Of a DNA stretch of 64,000 nucleotides, positions 13,262 to 26,056 are shown one piece after another (positions within the stretch are counted from its first letter, which is position 1; each line of letters opens with the position of its first letter). A program made the position numbers and the translations under genes. A model generated the notes under the pieces. The model worked only from the letters and a program-made list of their open reading frames with translations, did no database searches and had not been told where the DNA came from. Origin of the DNA: Epiperipatus broadwayi. Taxonomy: Eukaryota > Animalia > Onychophora. The stretch lies in the NCBI GenBank assembly GCA_028023455.1, contig JAQFVV010000009.1:8060001-8124000 (forward strand), written 5' to 3'.

Positions 13262-13418
13262 TACAGGGCTTCTCACTGACGAAGGCCAGAAGCCAGAAAC
13301 TAATCTGGCGATATTGGATGAGTAGGCACTAGATAGGGATTTTATGCACCAGCCTTCTGGTATCCATTGATTACTCTGACTTGCACTGAGTGGCACTGCT
13401 GTATGGAGAGTTTTGCCT
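13262..13418 (+). mobile_element. 5'-truncated copy of the same SINE family with a hammerhead core
   Basis: CTGACGA(13276-13282)-A-GGC-CAGAA-GCC-A-GAAA-CTAATC-TGG, followed by the shared body ATATTGGATGAGTAGGCACTAGATAGGGATTTTATGCAC...GTTTTGCCT. Confidence 0.8.
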
Positions 13419-14135
13419 ATTTTAGACATAATATCTTCATGTATTTGTTCTTATATAACTACTGTAGTTTATGATTATTTTATTACCTATTGCATGCTAA
13501 TAATATAACCTGTAATTGATCACAACAGCCAAGTAATAAGATTAGCCTTAATTTATAAGCTTGTATCATTTAGCATTAACAGCACCTAAGAGTAGAAAGC
13601 AGTTAGGTGTCTGTACAATAGATTGGAATTCATTCTAGCAATTAATGATAATAATATTATTATAAAGTATTATCAAGTATTTTAAACCTTTATACTATTG
13701 CATACTATATCTGTGCATAACTAAAATAAAAACAATACTAATAAAACTTGGAAAGGGATTTGCACGTAGGTTGTGCAATTCTGATAGTTACAATATATAT
13801 TCAAATATTTACTTTGCAATTATTAAGTCTGATAAATAATACTATCTTCATTTTTTTTATTGAAGAGCTATTGTAGTGATTTTTTACCCTGCAGTGGGTT
13901 ATTTAAAGGTTAATGTTACCTTTTACATATAATATTTATTATTTAAGCATTAAAATTGTTATAACAAATTTTAATGTCAAAAGATGGATTCTTTACATAA
14001 GAAGATAAAAAAACAATCTCACAAATTGCAAGATTTTTTTATTTTCTTATCCAAAGAGTCAATCATTTGATATTTGTATATGCATAGCATGCTTAAATTC
14101 ATTTATCTGCAAGTTGTGTTTAATTGTACATTTAG

Positions 14136-14321
14136 GTGATCATTATATACATATCTTGTGGTCAAACATACCAATACCCAAGTCACCCTTTTATTGCTAT
14201 GCTGAGCCTTCCTATGTGCCCATAGATTATACCAAAGTAGTATTAAAAGGTCCAGGACTGACAAATGCTCAGCTAAAAGAAGAATCTGAATTTATTATTG
14301 ATGGTTCACAGGCAGGCCCAG
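14136..14321 (+). CDS. jbug: Filamin (jitterbug-like) internal exon
   Basis: TTTAG|G acceptor and CAG|GTAAAAG donor, phase 1-1, 186 nt. Encodes GDHYIHILWSNIPIPKSPF...DYTKVVLKGPGL...FIIDGSQAGPG (filamin Ig repeat). Upstream exons were not found in the window. Confidence 0.9.
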
Positions 14322-14393
14322 GTAAAAGATTTATGTCAATATAAATAGATATATTTAATATGAATCAAGTATTTATGAAATTATTAATTATAG

Positions 14394-14498
14394 GAATTCC
14401 TACTGTCACTATGACTGGAGTGAAAAGTGATATTCCAGTGATTATTACCCCATTAGGAAATAATATGTATAAAGTAACCTATTCACCTACCACAGGTG
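14394..14498 (+). CDS. jbug: Filamin (jitterbug-like) internal exon
   Basis: Follows a 72-nt GT-AG intron; 105 nt encoding GIPTVTMTGVKSDIPVIITPLGNNMYKVTYSPTTGG; donor GTAAGT. Confidence 0.9.
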
Positions 14499-15172
14499 GT
14501 AAGTATTTTTAACATATTCATAACTATTTCAGTAACTCTGTATATTTCAATGTGCAAATAGTTAAATAGAGTTACCAATTACCCATTCAAATGTACTGCA
14601 TTCCAGCAATATTTGTTTGTTTGTGTACACTGTATTATTTGAATAGGTAGAATTATATCAGTTAATTATTTATTTATTTATTTATCGCCAATTAGGATAC
14701 ATTTCTACTAAGTGCTACATGAGAACTAAGCAGCTGCCTTAATCGTTATCTCTGCATTTTTTATTTTCTTTATAAATGGATAAATTTTAGTCAGGAGTTG
14801 ATTAGGGTATATTTTATAATATTTAGTACATTACTAATTTAATTGAAAATTGACAGTACCAATGCTGCCATTACATAATACTGTGAAGGATCATAACCTC
14901 CATGGCTTTAATTAAATTATCACAAAATAGTTTTTAAAAGCTACTTTAAACTTACTGTGTACTTCATATTAATTTAAAGATGGGAAGAAATTTAATCCAT
15001 TATGCTGATTTTTCATATATTTAAATCACACAATATACAATAAAATATCTTTATATATCAGCAATAATTGTATATATAATAAAACAGTACAGAAAAACTT
15101 TTTCTGGCAAATATTAATTTTTTGCCCTTATTAAAGTTTCAGTCACATTGCATATATAGTGACATCTATCTT

Positions 15173-16248
15173 TATATATATATATATATGTGACGTATAT
15201 ATATATATATATATATATATTGGGAAAATGGTAAAAAAAAAATAAATTTTTATTTTTTTTGTTTTTTATTATTTTTATTTATTTAAATAAAGATAATTAA
15301 ATTTTTCTTTTTTTTTTTTTTTTTTTTTTTTTTGTAATTGAATTTAAGGGAAGAAAAAAAAAAAAAAAATATAAAAAAAAAAAATAAATAGGGAAAAAAA
15401 ATTAAAATTATTATAAATTGAGGAAAAAAAAAAGAAAAGAAAAAATTAATGTTATAAAATATTTTATTTTAAAAGATAGGATTAAAAGGGCGAGGGGGGG
15501 GAGTGTGCAGAGGTCTGGAGGATAGAGGGGGGAAGGAGGGGGGGGGGGGGGGGGGTGGGGTGTTGTTTTTTTTTTGTTTGTTTTTTTTTGTTGTATTTTA
15601 TAATAATCTCGCTCGTCGCTGCGGGCGCGGGGGGGGGGGCTGGGGGCGGGGGCCGGGACCCCTGGGAACCCCGGGCCCATGGGGTGCACCCGGGAAGACC
15701 TCCGGGGGGGGTGGAGGGGGAGGACGCACAAAAAAGAACGACGACCCTTTTTTTAACAAATATGATATTTTATTAATTAATTTTGAAAATTTTGGAAAGA
15801 ATATTTAGTTTAAAAAATTAATAAAAAATAACTATTAAAAAATATAGAATAATAAGATGTTTTGGGGGTTTTTATTTTTTTTTAGATAACATTTTATAAC
15901 ATTTTTTTTTTTTTATATTATTTTTTTTTTCATTTTCTTTTCCTTTTAATTATAAATAATATTTATAATTTTTTAAGATGTTTGAGAGATAGGGGATTTA
16001 GTTTATTTTTTTTTTTTGTATTATAGTGGTTATTTTTTTTTTATTGATTTTTGGTTTTAGGATAAAATGTTTAGTGATCTATCGCCGGGCAAATAAAAAA
16101 AAATATTGAAAAATTAAAAAAAAAATATATAAATTTTTTTTTGGGGTGGGGGTGGTTGGGGGGGGGGGGTTAAAGGAATGGGGAAAAAATATTGGGGGGA
16201 AAGAGGGGGGGGAAATTGGGGGGGGGAAAGATATATATATATATATAA
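15173..16248. other. Homopolymer-dominated segment between two (TA)n arrays; probable low-quality sequence
   Basis: Abrupt switch to long A, T and G runs unlike any other part of the window, bounded by (TA)n at about 15173-15220 and about 16230-16248. Confidence 0.7.
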
Positions 16249-16249
16249 T

Positions 16250-17346
16250 ATTGTAATTCAATGTCTGTACTTCTTCAAAGAAATATATGTAATTATATAA
16301 TTAAATATTTATAAATACAGTAATCAGATATATTTTTAAAATTTTATTCACTTAGTAATGCTTTTGACTATCCTTATAGTCTTTGTCAACTAACATTTTG
16401 AAAGGCTAACCTTTCCACAATTCCGTGATCTTAACGTTTGCTGCCTGCCTGTTAATTAAGTCATGTTTGTACTTGTATATTAGCATAACTTCTTTTATTT
16501 TTCTTTCATTGTTATTCTTTTTAATTTGCAATATTTTAACATTGTTGTAAATGAAATTAAAATCATAAATATATGAATTATTATGGTCATGAAAAATGGA
16601 TGTTGAAACATTATCTACTTTGCAATTTTGATTCAATTTCTGAACTCTTTTTACCAACAGCAAGTGCTCTTTAGTTCTTTTTTCCAATGTACATCTCAAT
16701 ACACCTATATATCCACTACCACACCTACATATCCATTTATAAATGATATTAATTTGTTTAATGTAGAAGATGTGTAAAATGTAATATCACATATACCTTT
16801 ATAAATCTTCCTTATAAAATTTACTTGATCATTTAAAATATATGGTATTGATATCCATATTTTTTTATTAGCAGGAGGATCAATATTATTATTAGAATTT
16901 TTATTCTTTATATCTCGTATTAAAATCTTAATTGTAACCAACATTTAAAAATTCATTTAGATATATTTCAATATTTTTGCCTTTATCCGATAAATATTTG
17001 CAAAGACTATTATTTCTAAATAATAAAGACTTCAAACCTGCCATTTTATGTGACATTGGCACTCTAGATTTATATGGAATATAACCTCTTTTTACTATTG
17101 GTTTACTGATTATACAATAATCCAGCATAAATTGGATTTCTAGATATTTAAGATCAAGAAATTGAAAGCACATTAAATGTTCATCTGTTTTTATCCATTT
17201 TAAGCCATTTAAATCATTCAATTTCCTGAACAACTCTTTACTTTAATTGGCCTGCCACATACAAAAACATCATCAACATATCGATAATATACAGTAATGT
17301 TTTTTTGATAATGTTCATTTTTTAGAATATTCAATTATATATATAT
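16250..17346 (-). mobile_element. Penelope-like element, 3' part (RT C-terminus, GIY-YIG, terminal region with decayed hammerhead)
   Basis: The minus strand reads YYRYVDDVF (YVDD at 17269-17280), FQFLDLK, YIPYKSRVPMSHKMAGLKSLLFR, WISIPYI, then GIY-YIG TLEKRTKEH...RKIKEVMLI...INR. It contains frameshifts and stops. Confidence 0.85.
16361..16389 (-). ncRNA. Decayed minimal hammerhead ribozyme core at the PLE 3' end
   Basis: Minus strand TTGACAA-A-GACTA-TAAGGA-TAGTC-AAAA-G(CATTA). Stem II is a perfect 5 bp. The core differs from CTGACGA/GAAA only by transitions (C>T, and two G>A at CpG). Confidence 0.55.
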
Positions 17347-17483
17347 TGTAACCATACCCACTAATCTAACTAGTCATAAATGAATCATGTCGCACATTTT
17401 AGGGTGACTAAATCCTCCTATGTAACTTATCATACTCATCTAGCTAGTCCAATTCCATGTTTAGGAACCATATCTTCCTCTGC

Positions 17484-19926
17484 AGACCTGTTTATTACAA
17501 AGTTTGGTCCTTTTGCTCTTGGCTAACGTTACTTGAAACTGTTTTATGGGTAATGAGGGAACACCAGATGATAAGTTTGAAATTTTATCATATGTAACTT
17601 CAGATAAGATGGATGCCTGGCTGCCTGAATCAATTAGTGCATCTATACTTATCCCCTCAACCAATTTTATAACTGGGCAGTTATACATAATGGGTGGTTC
17701 ACCTGGGGTGCAAGGTTCTAGATAATCAATATCTAGATCAAGGGTGTTTAAGATCCACATCACATTGTCCCTCCTTTTGTTAGCAGAAGGTCCTTGCAAG
17801 AAAGAACTATTGTACAAGAACCCGTTCAGTTTAAAATTTCCGATTTATTTTGGGCTTTACCCCCAACTTTCTTAATTATAGTGTTTGTACCACTAGTTGA
17901 AAGTTTAGGATTCAATATAATTGGTCTGCTTTTTGACCTACTTAAATGCCTATTAGCATTAGAATATGGAGAAGGTCTCAGCTTAGGAGGAATATATCTC
18001 CTTTCAAAAGGTTTTTGAACCCTTGGGGTTTCCCTAACATTTATATTCATTAAAGGATAACTGGGTTTTTCTTTATTAACTCTGGGATGATTTTCCCAAG
18101 TATATTCAGAGATTTCGAGAGTATTGAGGATTTCTGACACCTCCTCAATAGTATACCGATCAGCAGCAATTAGGACTTGCTCTGTTGATCTAGGTAGATT
18201 GTGGCAGAGAATCCTCACTATCTGATGCTCTGACAGAGGGAATGTTGTCAGCATTTTTAATCTCACCACCTGCCCTCTGAAAAATTGGGAATAACTTCCT
18301 TTATGTGGGCTATATTTTTCTTGGGATATTTGATAGCGGATATTGTCCTGCTTATCATCACCCCAAAAGGACATAAGTATCATGTGTTTAAAGTCCCCAT
18401 ATGTGGTTGGCTTATCAAAAAAAGACTACCACCAATCTCTAGCCAAAGCATACAGATGGTTGCATGATATGGCCAATTTCTCATTTTCGGCCAATCCACA
18501 CAAAGAGAACAACTCCTCTAGACTATGTAAGTACTCAAGAGGATTTTCTCTGGGCTCTCCCTTGAAAGGTTTGATATGAATAAACCGTAGAGGCATAGAG
18601 CTGGCATTGCTCGGGTTTGCTTCTACGGTTCGTTTGGTCTGGTTTATTTCAGAAAAGTGGGCAACAACAGGCCCTCCCTCTTTTAATGACATATTATCAT
18701 TATTAATAATAGGAATTTCTTGTTTCATGCAAGTTTCTGTTGGACTAACCAAAGTAATATTAGTTTTGTCATTTAGCTCTCTAGACACAATAGTTGGCTT
18801 GCCTTTGATATTTTCCATTCTAATACCTGTACTTAATATTTGGGATTCCTGATTACTCTTCTCTAACAGCTCTACTATGTACTTTTCTTTTTCCTTTTTA
18901 AACTTTTCAAAATGTTTATCAAATCTTTTGTTCTTTAACACGATCTGAATAAATAGCTTCCTTTATTAAATTTTCACTAAGTTCTTTCTGCAATTCTTCT
19001 ACAGTGCTTTCTATCTTATTTTTAAACTTGAGATTTTATTCTGTATTTCCCTGGTATTTGACAAAAACATCCTCAATTTCATGTCTCATTTCTAATTTAA
19101 ATTGAATTTGTTGATGCACAATCTCTTCCTCAAAGCTTATCTTTACCTTTTCAACTTCATTCTGTAATAGGCTAAATTTTTCTTTGCTATCATCTCTGCT
19201 AGCTTCTAAATTATGGCACAAATTATTAATATCTTTCTTAGCTCACACACTATTGTGATTACAACTTAATTCTAAACTTACAAATCTATTCTGGAGTTCA
19301 TCTATATCAGTTTTCCTAAAATCTTCCAACTGTTCTTTTATGGATTTTTTCAGTGAACTCTTAACATCATCATTGTTTCTAATTATCTCTTTTTCTAAAA
19401 TTTCCCTTGATTCTCCTATCTTTTTCTCAACTCTATTTTCAAATCCCTCCATCTTATCTTCTAACATCTTCTAGCTTACTCTCTAATCCTCTTATATTAT
19501 ACTCCATTTTACTTTCCAACTTTCTTATCATACTCTCATTATTTTCTTTCATTTTATTTTCCATTTTATTTTTCAACTCTTATATTCTCATTATTTTCTT
19601 TCATTTCACTTTTCAACTTTCTTATACTCTCATTATATTCTTTTCTATTCTTCTCCATTTCCCTTATCATACTCTCATTATTTTCTTTCATTTTATTTTT
19701 CAACTTTCTGATACTCTCATATTTTCTTTCATTAATTTCTTCATAAATTCCATTAGGAGTTGATACATTATATTTGTATCTCAAGATTAGTACCACCAGT
19801 AGGGATTTCCTCTTCAGACTTCTCTGTTTCTTGAGATTCAAAGTAGAAAACATCCGAATCTCTTATTGTTGGTACTTCTGGCGTAGAAGCATCTATCGGA
19901 ACAGGACTATATTCTGATTCACTCAT
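17484..19926 (-). pseudogene. Gypsy gag-protease pseudo-ORF with coiled-coil tandem repeats
   Basis: Broken ORFs 19566-19853, 19243-19467, 19036-19221, 18426-18941, 17826-18383 and 17461-17817. ENNESxIRKL-type repeats lie at about 19480-19740. The reading frame runs into LTR sequence right after the protease. Confidence 0.8.
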
Positions 19927-22900
19927 TTTGTAAATATTTTTTTATAATAATATTTATGACTATACTACTTAGTTTGAATTAAATTGAATTAACCCTGTAT
20001 ACATTTCAACACTACTCTTTTTTTTCCATTGACCCACAATTCCATATAAGTCTACCTAAGAAGAAAAAAAAACATTTGACCATATGCTAGACAATATATA
20101 CTCTACCTCGCTATTTTAAGTTTCTATGCCTACATCAATGTACAACTCTAAACATGTTGTAATCTTATGCCAATAACACCACCATTTAACATATTGCTAT
20201 CGAGGATATTTAATTATATAATAGTATTATTCAAAGAATACCATGTAATTTATTTATGATCATTTCTAAGACTTATTTGAGTCATGATCATCCACATAAT
20301 CCTTAAGTTAATATAATTGGTTAAATTCAGAAACATCATTCACAACTTGGTCACACTGCTTCTATCTTAACAAGTATTCTTTTAGAATGACTACAACATC
20401 TCAAGCAATAATCAATACTTTAATAATCATGCTCACATGTTTCAGGGTATCATAATCTCCTATTTTGACTTGCTATAGCTAGCAATCAACATTCAACCTG
20501 TCTTACACACTCTATATTATATCCTGCAACCTCCAATTAACCAATTGGTCTACACACTTTGACGCCATAATCCCCCCTGTAACCTTATCCGCTAATCTAA
20601 ATAGTCATAAATGAATCATGTCGCACATTTTAGGGTGACTAAATCCTCCTAGGTAACCTATCATACTCATCTAGCTAGTCCAATTCCATGTTTGGGAACC
20701 ATATCTTCCTCTGCAACCTTCCTAGCTACAACTAGTCTAGAATATAAGCCTAAAATAAATGCTAAACTAAAGAGATGATTTCTTTATTGACTAAGCTCAC
20801 ATGAAACTATAAACTTAGAGAAGATTACAAGGTGATTAACAACTTCTGGTCAAACTAGCTTCAAAATCCACAAACAAGCAAACAAACAAAAGGTTATGAA
20901 ATAAACTTACTATTTGTCAAACCAATAAATAATAATTAAATCGATGGAATGAATATGAAATTAAAATATAAATTAGGCAATATGTAAATTAGGGTGTAGA
21001 TGCCTAAATGAATGATGAAAATAAATAATAATTAAATAATAAAATGAAATGAGTCTGAGAATAAAGAGAAAAGAATATGTATCAGAATAATGAATGATTA
21101 AGATGATGGTAGAATAAGAGTTAATGGATGATTAAGATGATAATGGACTAAGAGCTAATGAATGTGGAGTTAATTAGTATAAGGAATTAGGATGAAAGAA
21201 GAATAAAGAAAAATTGAAATGACAGATGAGAAAAATGATGATGATGAAAGATGATGTGCAGAACTCTACATTTGATATTGAATTAAATGATAATGAGACA
21301 ACTAAATCAAATACGGATTCCAAGCTCAACAAAACCAGAATATTCACCATAAAGTCAAAACAAGGTATACATTTCAGATAAAAGAAACAATTGATACTTT
21401 AAAGTTTGGTTGACTTTTATAAAATAATGAATGTAACATAACTCCAATCCAACTACAATAAATAACTAAATATAAAATTTACCATAAACTCAGATTCTAC
21501 ATTGCAAATTAATATAACTTATTCTTCTCAGGATTCGCATAACTTAAAGATTGTTCTACAAGATATACTTGGGTCAGTGAGAGGGATTTTGCCACTACCC
21601 AAATCTAAGACACAAAATGGCACTTGATACAAAATCAAATTAACAAACAATATTTAGTAATTTCAAAGAAACTTTATAAATTCCCTAACTATGATAAACT
21701 CTAAGCTTCAATCAATAAGCAGGAATAATTTTTCAATAGCTAAACACAATAACTTGCTAACTTTATTTTCTCAAATATATATTAACAAGGTAATCAAAAT
21801 CAGTGAAGGACAGATCTGCGGGTTCAAATAAACTGATTAAACCAATATTAAGTGTTTAATCTTTTAGTATATCACTTAAATAATATGTACTCTAGGTTAC
21901 CGGTATTTTGATTATTAAGTAATGATGGCCTAGATGTACTCATAAATTATAGGGCTTAACAAAATTATTCTGATATACCTACATATAGTGAATTATATAT
22001 TGATCGATGACAATTTCCATATAATCATAGGATATGTCGATAGCAATAACAATAATAATGTGTGTGTGTGTTGATTAGCAACAAGACCACTGACAACTAA
22101 ATAAATTTTTAACACAACAATTTATTTACAACTTTATTTCAGACACATTGCATGAAATAAGATAAATCCATTAACTAAAATCAGGGATGGAAATTAATTG
22201 GTATCCCATTGACTATACACGTAGCAAGTAATGACAACTAATATAGTGTTGTTCATAGTATCACTATTATTCTGGGCTATATTTCTATTATTATGCTATC
22301 TTATAGAATAAGATAGTTACCTTATTTAAGATAACTTAGCATTTAAATTATAAAACTAAATGAATTTAGGTCTTTGGGATATATGCAACTTTTTAAATGT
22401 AAAAACTCTTAAGTTATAATTTAGTATATTAAACTATAGCTATTTGATTTATTGGAATATAATAAGGGCAATTATCATATTCAGTACAATTAATAATTTA
22501 TTATCATTTACTATAAAAAGATTCATTATATTGATGTGGGACAGACATCATAAGTTAAATGCACACATGATACCAAAACATTGCCTATGTCCACAACTTA
22601 ATCATTTAATAATTAACTGATCTTACCGATCCATCAGTGAATCACTAATTGATGAAGACCAATCCACATTGTCCATGTACATCCCTTGCTCTTTTATACA
22701 GAAGTTATACAAACACTAGTAAGTTTTTGGTTGGTTTGTTTATAAACTGATGACGATTACACAACATCATAAAGACGCTATTCCAATTGGACAAACACTA
22801 TAGATAGACTAGTATCCCTTAATCTAACTTTATTTTATCCTTGCTATTTGATTTTGAAATCCTAAACTTCACCATAAATGGTGGAAAACTAACTTTATAA

Positions 22901-24001
22901 CTTCATGAGGGATCTAACAATAAAGGGAGGCTCTACAAAACAACATGATAGTTGTATAATAATATGGCCAATTCTGATACCTTCATAGGTATAAAAGTGC
23001 AGGCAGTGCCTCATCACAGAAAAATAGAATACAGACAATGGGGATCATCCTCTTTTAGGATTAACTATGCTCTAAGCACTAACTATTAATTAGCCTTGAT
23101 AATATCATCCTCTCATTTAATCAGCAATGGGGACTTCTCCATCAGCCCATGCACAATATTACTATTATTATATTTGATACCATTGTATGTGTCACAAACT
23201 CATCAGCTAAAAGCTGTCATAAATCTTGATCAATACAATAGCAAAGTAAAACAACACTAATAATAAAAGTTGAAACATAAATATTCCATTTCACAATGCA
23301 GAGACTATTAATGTTTTATAAACAAACTGCCAACATATAAATAAAATGACCATTAATTATTTAAGATAATAATTATACTTTTATTATAGCAAGCCATGTA
23401 CATGTAAACAATGAAGATCAACCTACATTTTGTATTTAAAATGGACTCCTTCATAGGCAAAATTAAGAAATAAAAGAAATGCTTATTAAATTATTTCATA
23501 TAATAGAAACAATTGTGTCATTGTGTATATAATTTTGACAAGATTTAGTCTGTTCCTTCTTTCAATAATACACTAAATCTGTTTTAAAATGCGAGAGGTA
23601 AATATCTCTCTCTCTCTTCCCAGATAAATGATATTTAATATTATGCTTTCCCTTAATTGGGACAATAACAAAATATGGGTAGTAAATGTATATATCTTTA
23701 TACACATCTACATCCTTACTAAGTATATTTTATACCATGATAAATATATATATAAAAAAAATAATCCCTGAATCATACATGAAAGAAAAAGAAAAAAAAC
23801 GTATTATAATATTAAACATATCACTAACAAAAATAAACGAACATTTTCTCCCATTAGATTTTATCATAGTAGTCACAGTTTGATCCGTTTTTATGAGCAA
23901 AAATGACAAGGAAACAGATATTATTATAAGCAAATATTCCTAAGTAAATATATATATATTTGGATTATCCTGTTCAATATTAGCATATTCAGACAAAATT
24001 C

Positions 24002-24170
24002 AAACACTTTTCCAAAGGCAATAAAAATCATTTGTTGGTTTATGTACTGATGTCAGTATAGCAAGACGATATTTAAACACTTTCCAAAGGCAATAAAAAT
24101 CATTTATTGGTTTATATATTGATGTCAGTATAGCAAGACAATGTTTAAATACTTTCCAAAGGCAATAAAA
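24002..24170. repeat. Tandem repeat, 72-73 bp unit, about 2.3 copies
   Basis: AAACACTTT(T)CCAAAGGCAATAAAAATCATT...GATGTCAGTATAGCAAGAC starts at 24002 and 24075; a partial copy starts at 24147. Confidence 0.9.
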
Positions 24171-25709
24171 TTAAAATAGGTTTATTATGATCTTTAAAAC
24201 AAACTTTTTAAAATCATTTATGGATTTTGTTTACTTTGTTTTTCCGTCCACAATAATATCCATCATAATTTTAAATGATCTGGGCAATTTTAAACATTTA
24301 AAATATTACTAATTTATATGATGCATAACCAAGATAAAAAAAATAAATATTTATTTATTCACTTCTATCAGCAAATTAATAGTTGTTTAATAATGTTAAG
24401 AAAAATTGATTCAATAGTAAGCAATTATCAATAAAATATACTTGGCATTAATAATCTGTCATTTTTCTATTTTCCATAACTAATCAAATCCGCGCTGAAA
24501 TAACCTGCAGACTAGTTTTCTTTTCCCCAATGAAAATAAGAAATAATTCATGCATTTTTCTTTTAGAATTGATTACTTTATATAATTTAAAAATGACTTT
24601 TTGGTTTGTTTATTATCTCTTGAAACTTTTCTTCAAAAGATTTCGAATTATTTTTATTGAGATGATAATTTATAAACAAACGTATTTTTCTGCTTAATGC
24701 TTAAGGGTGGTGTGAAAATCAAAATACTTTAATATTTTTCTCTTCAATCTAAATAATTTTTGTGTCATTATTAAATCTGACAATTGATTAAGATAAAGAA
24801 AACAAAAATAATTGCTTACATTTTCTGGTATTGTTTTTCATTCCAAATAGTATATGTTGAGGCAAATATTTATCCCAACAGCGGTCATTCTAGCTTCTCC
24901 AGTAGGCAAAATTAAAAATCATATGATTGATGAAAAACAGTGTTGAAATATTACAGAGTTATTAAGTTTTTACTCCATTCTGTTTAAATCCATATAATCA
25001 TGAGATTTTGTCCAAATTAATTTTCAAGGTTATTATTTTGCAGCTTATTCCTTTTATTTTATTTCATACGTGGATAGTTAAAGTCTTGTTCCAATTTTTT
25101 TCTCTTAGTAGTCCCTCCCCCCCTACAAACTTGTTATAGTATTTATTCCTTGTGTTACAATGTCTGATTGGTCCTAAATGATCCAATCACTGTAAAATGT
25201 GAATAAATTAATATTTTTATCCCTCTAGTGAAAAAAATCTAGACTGTTACATTTCAGTTTAAATTAAAATATAATATATTTAAAGATTGTTTATAAAGAA
25301 ATTTTAGAAGAATTATAAATTGATTTTGTTGTTTATTTTTAATTACTGTTTAATAATAATAAAGTGTTAAATATTTTCATACTTCCAAATTGGTTTAATA
25401 CTATTAAAATATTATTTGAGATAGCTGCCTCTGGAACTTGTAATAAAATGTTTAAGAGATAATATTCACTCTATCAGATTTTCCAGTGCATTACTAACAG
25501 TCCAAATCATCATCACTTTCAAGATATTTATGGGTGAGCTTTTGCTTAATTGGAAAAGTATAATCCAACAAGCATTTCTATATATATAACTGATTTTTAC
25601 ATACTGATTTTCAATATATTAATAAATTATTACTAATTAAAATTTAAATTTTTACATACTGGACCACTGAATAAAACTTACTATCATTGAGCCAAAACAT
25701 ATGGTTACA

Positions 25710-26056
25710 ATATATATATATATATATATATATATTGTTATAATTGGTTCTAACTGATTTTATTATTTAAAAAATGATATATGTCCTGTGTATGCAATGT
25801 AATTGAAGCTTTAAAATAGTTCTATCACATTGAAAAGGGCAAAAAATAATATTTTCTGAAAAAAGCATTTCTGTTTTGTTATATTATATATATAATTTGA
25901 AACTAATAAAGATAATGCATCGAATTCAATAATGTAAAAATCGATTGAGATGGAAAAAGAAGTGTGTCTACTATACCTCACTTGACTTGCAAGTATTATG
26001 ACATGAGTTTTATTTATTTCCACATAAATTAAAATATTCTTTATCTTAATAATCAA
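25710..26056 (-). mobile_element. Penelope-like element, 5' part of RT, separated from 16250-17346 by the Gypsy insertion
   Basis: ORF 25811-26056 contains IIEFDALSL (PLE FDVxSL motif, 25907-25924). The same frame continues VIELF*SFNYIAYTGHI and, after a frameshift, QLEPII, resembling NYFxFNGxxY...PLSPII. These are the motifs that precede YVDD. Confidence 0.6.

Larger units (their letters stand above)
17347..25709 (-). mobile_element. Internally deleted Gypsy-type LTR retrotransposon (gag + protease; pol missing) inserted in a TA tract
   Basis: Termini TGTAACCATA (17347) and TATGGTTACA (ending 25709) are flanked by (TA)n on both sides. A direct repeat of about 137 bp occurs at 17347-17483 and 20578-20715. 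Frameshifted gag starts at ATG 19926 (KPFKGEPRENPLEYL...ARDWW), and protease ALIDSGSQASIL lies at about 17623-17631. Confidence 0.8.

Noticed and set aside
4400-14135. Upstream filamin exons
   Set aside because: No segment with filamin-repeat motifs and paired splice sites was found; earlier exons probably lie outside the window.
15411-16261. Gly/Pro-rich ORFs (15411-15731, 15503-15808, 15555-15776, 16079-16261)
   Set aside because: They are translations of homopolymer runs in the suspected artefact segment.
21893-21901. AGGTTACC as the outer end of the Gypsy 5' LTR
   Set aside because: It lacks the terminal CA and a matching flank. The end at 25709 has a 10-bp terminal inverted repeat, a TA flank and rejoins the PLE RT.
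22744-22785. CTGATGA-CGAT...ATC as a hammerhead
   Set aside because: No GAAA follows the stem, and no closing stems are present.
24002-24170. CRISPR-like repeat array
   Set aside because: The units are contiguous near-identical tandem repeats without unique spacers, in eukaryotic context with no cas genes.
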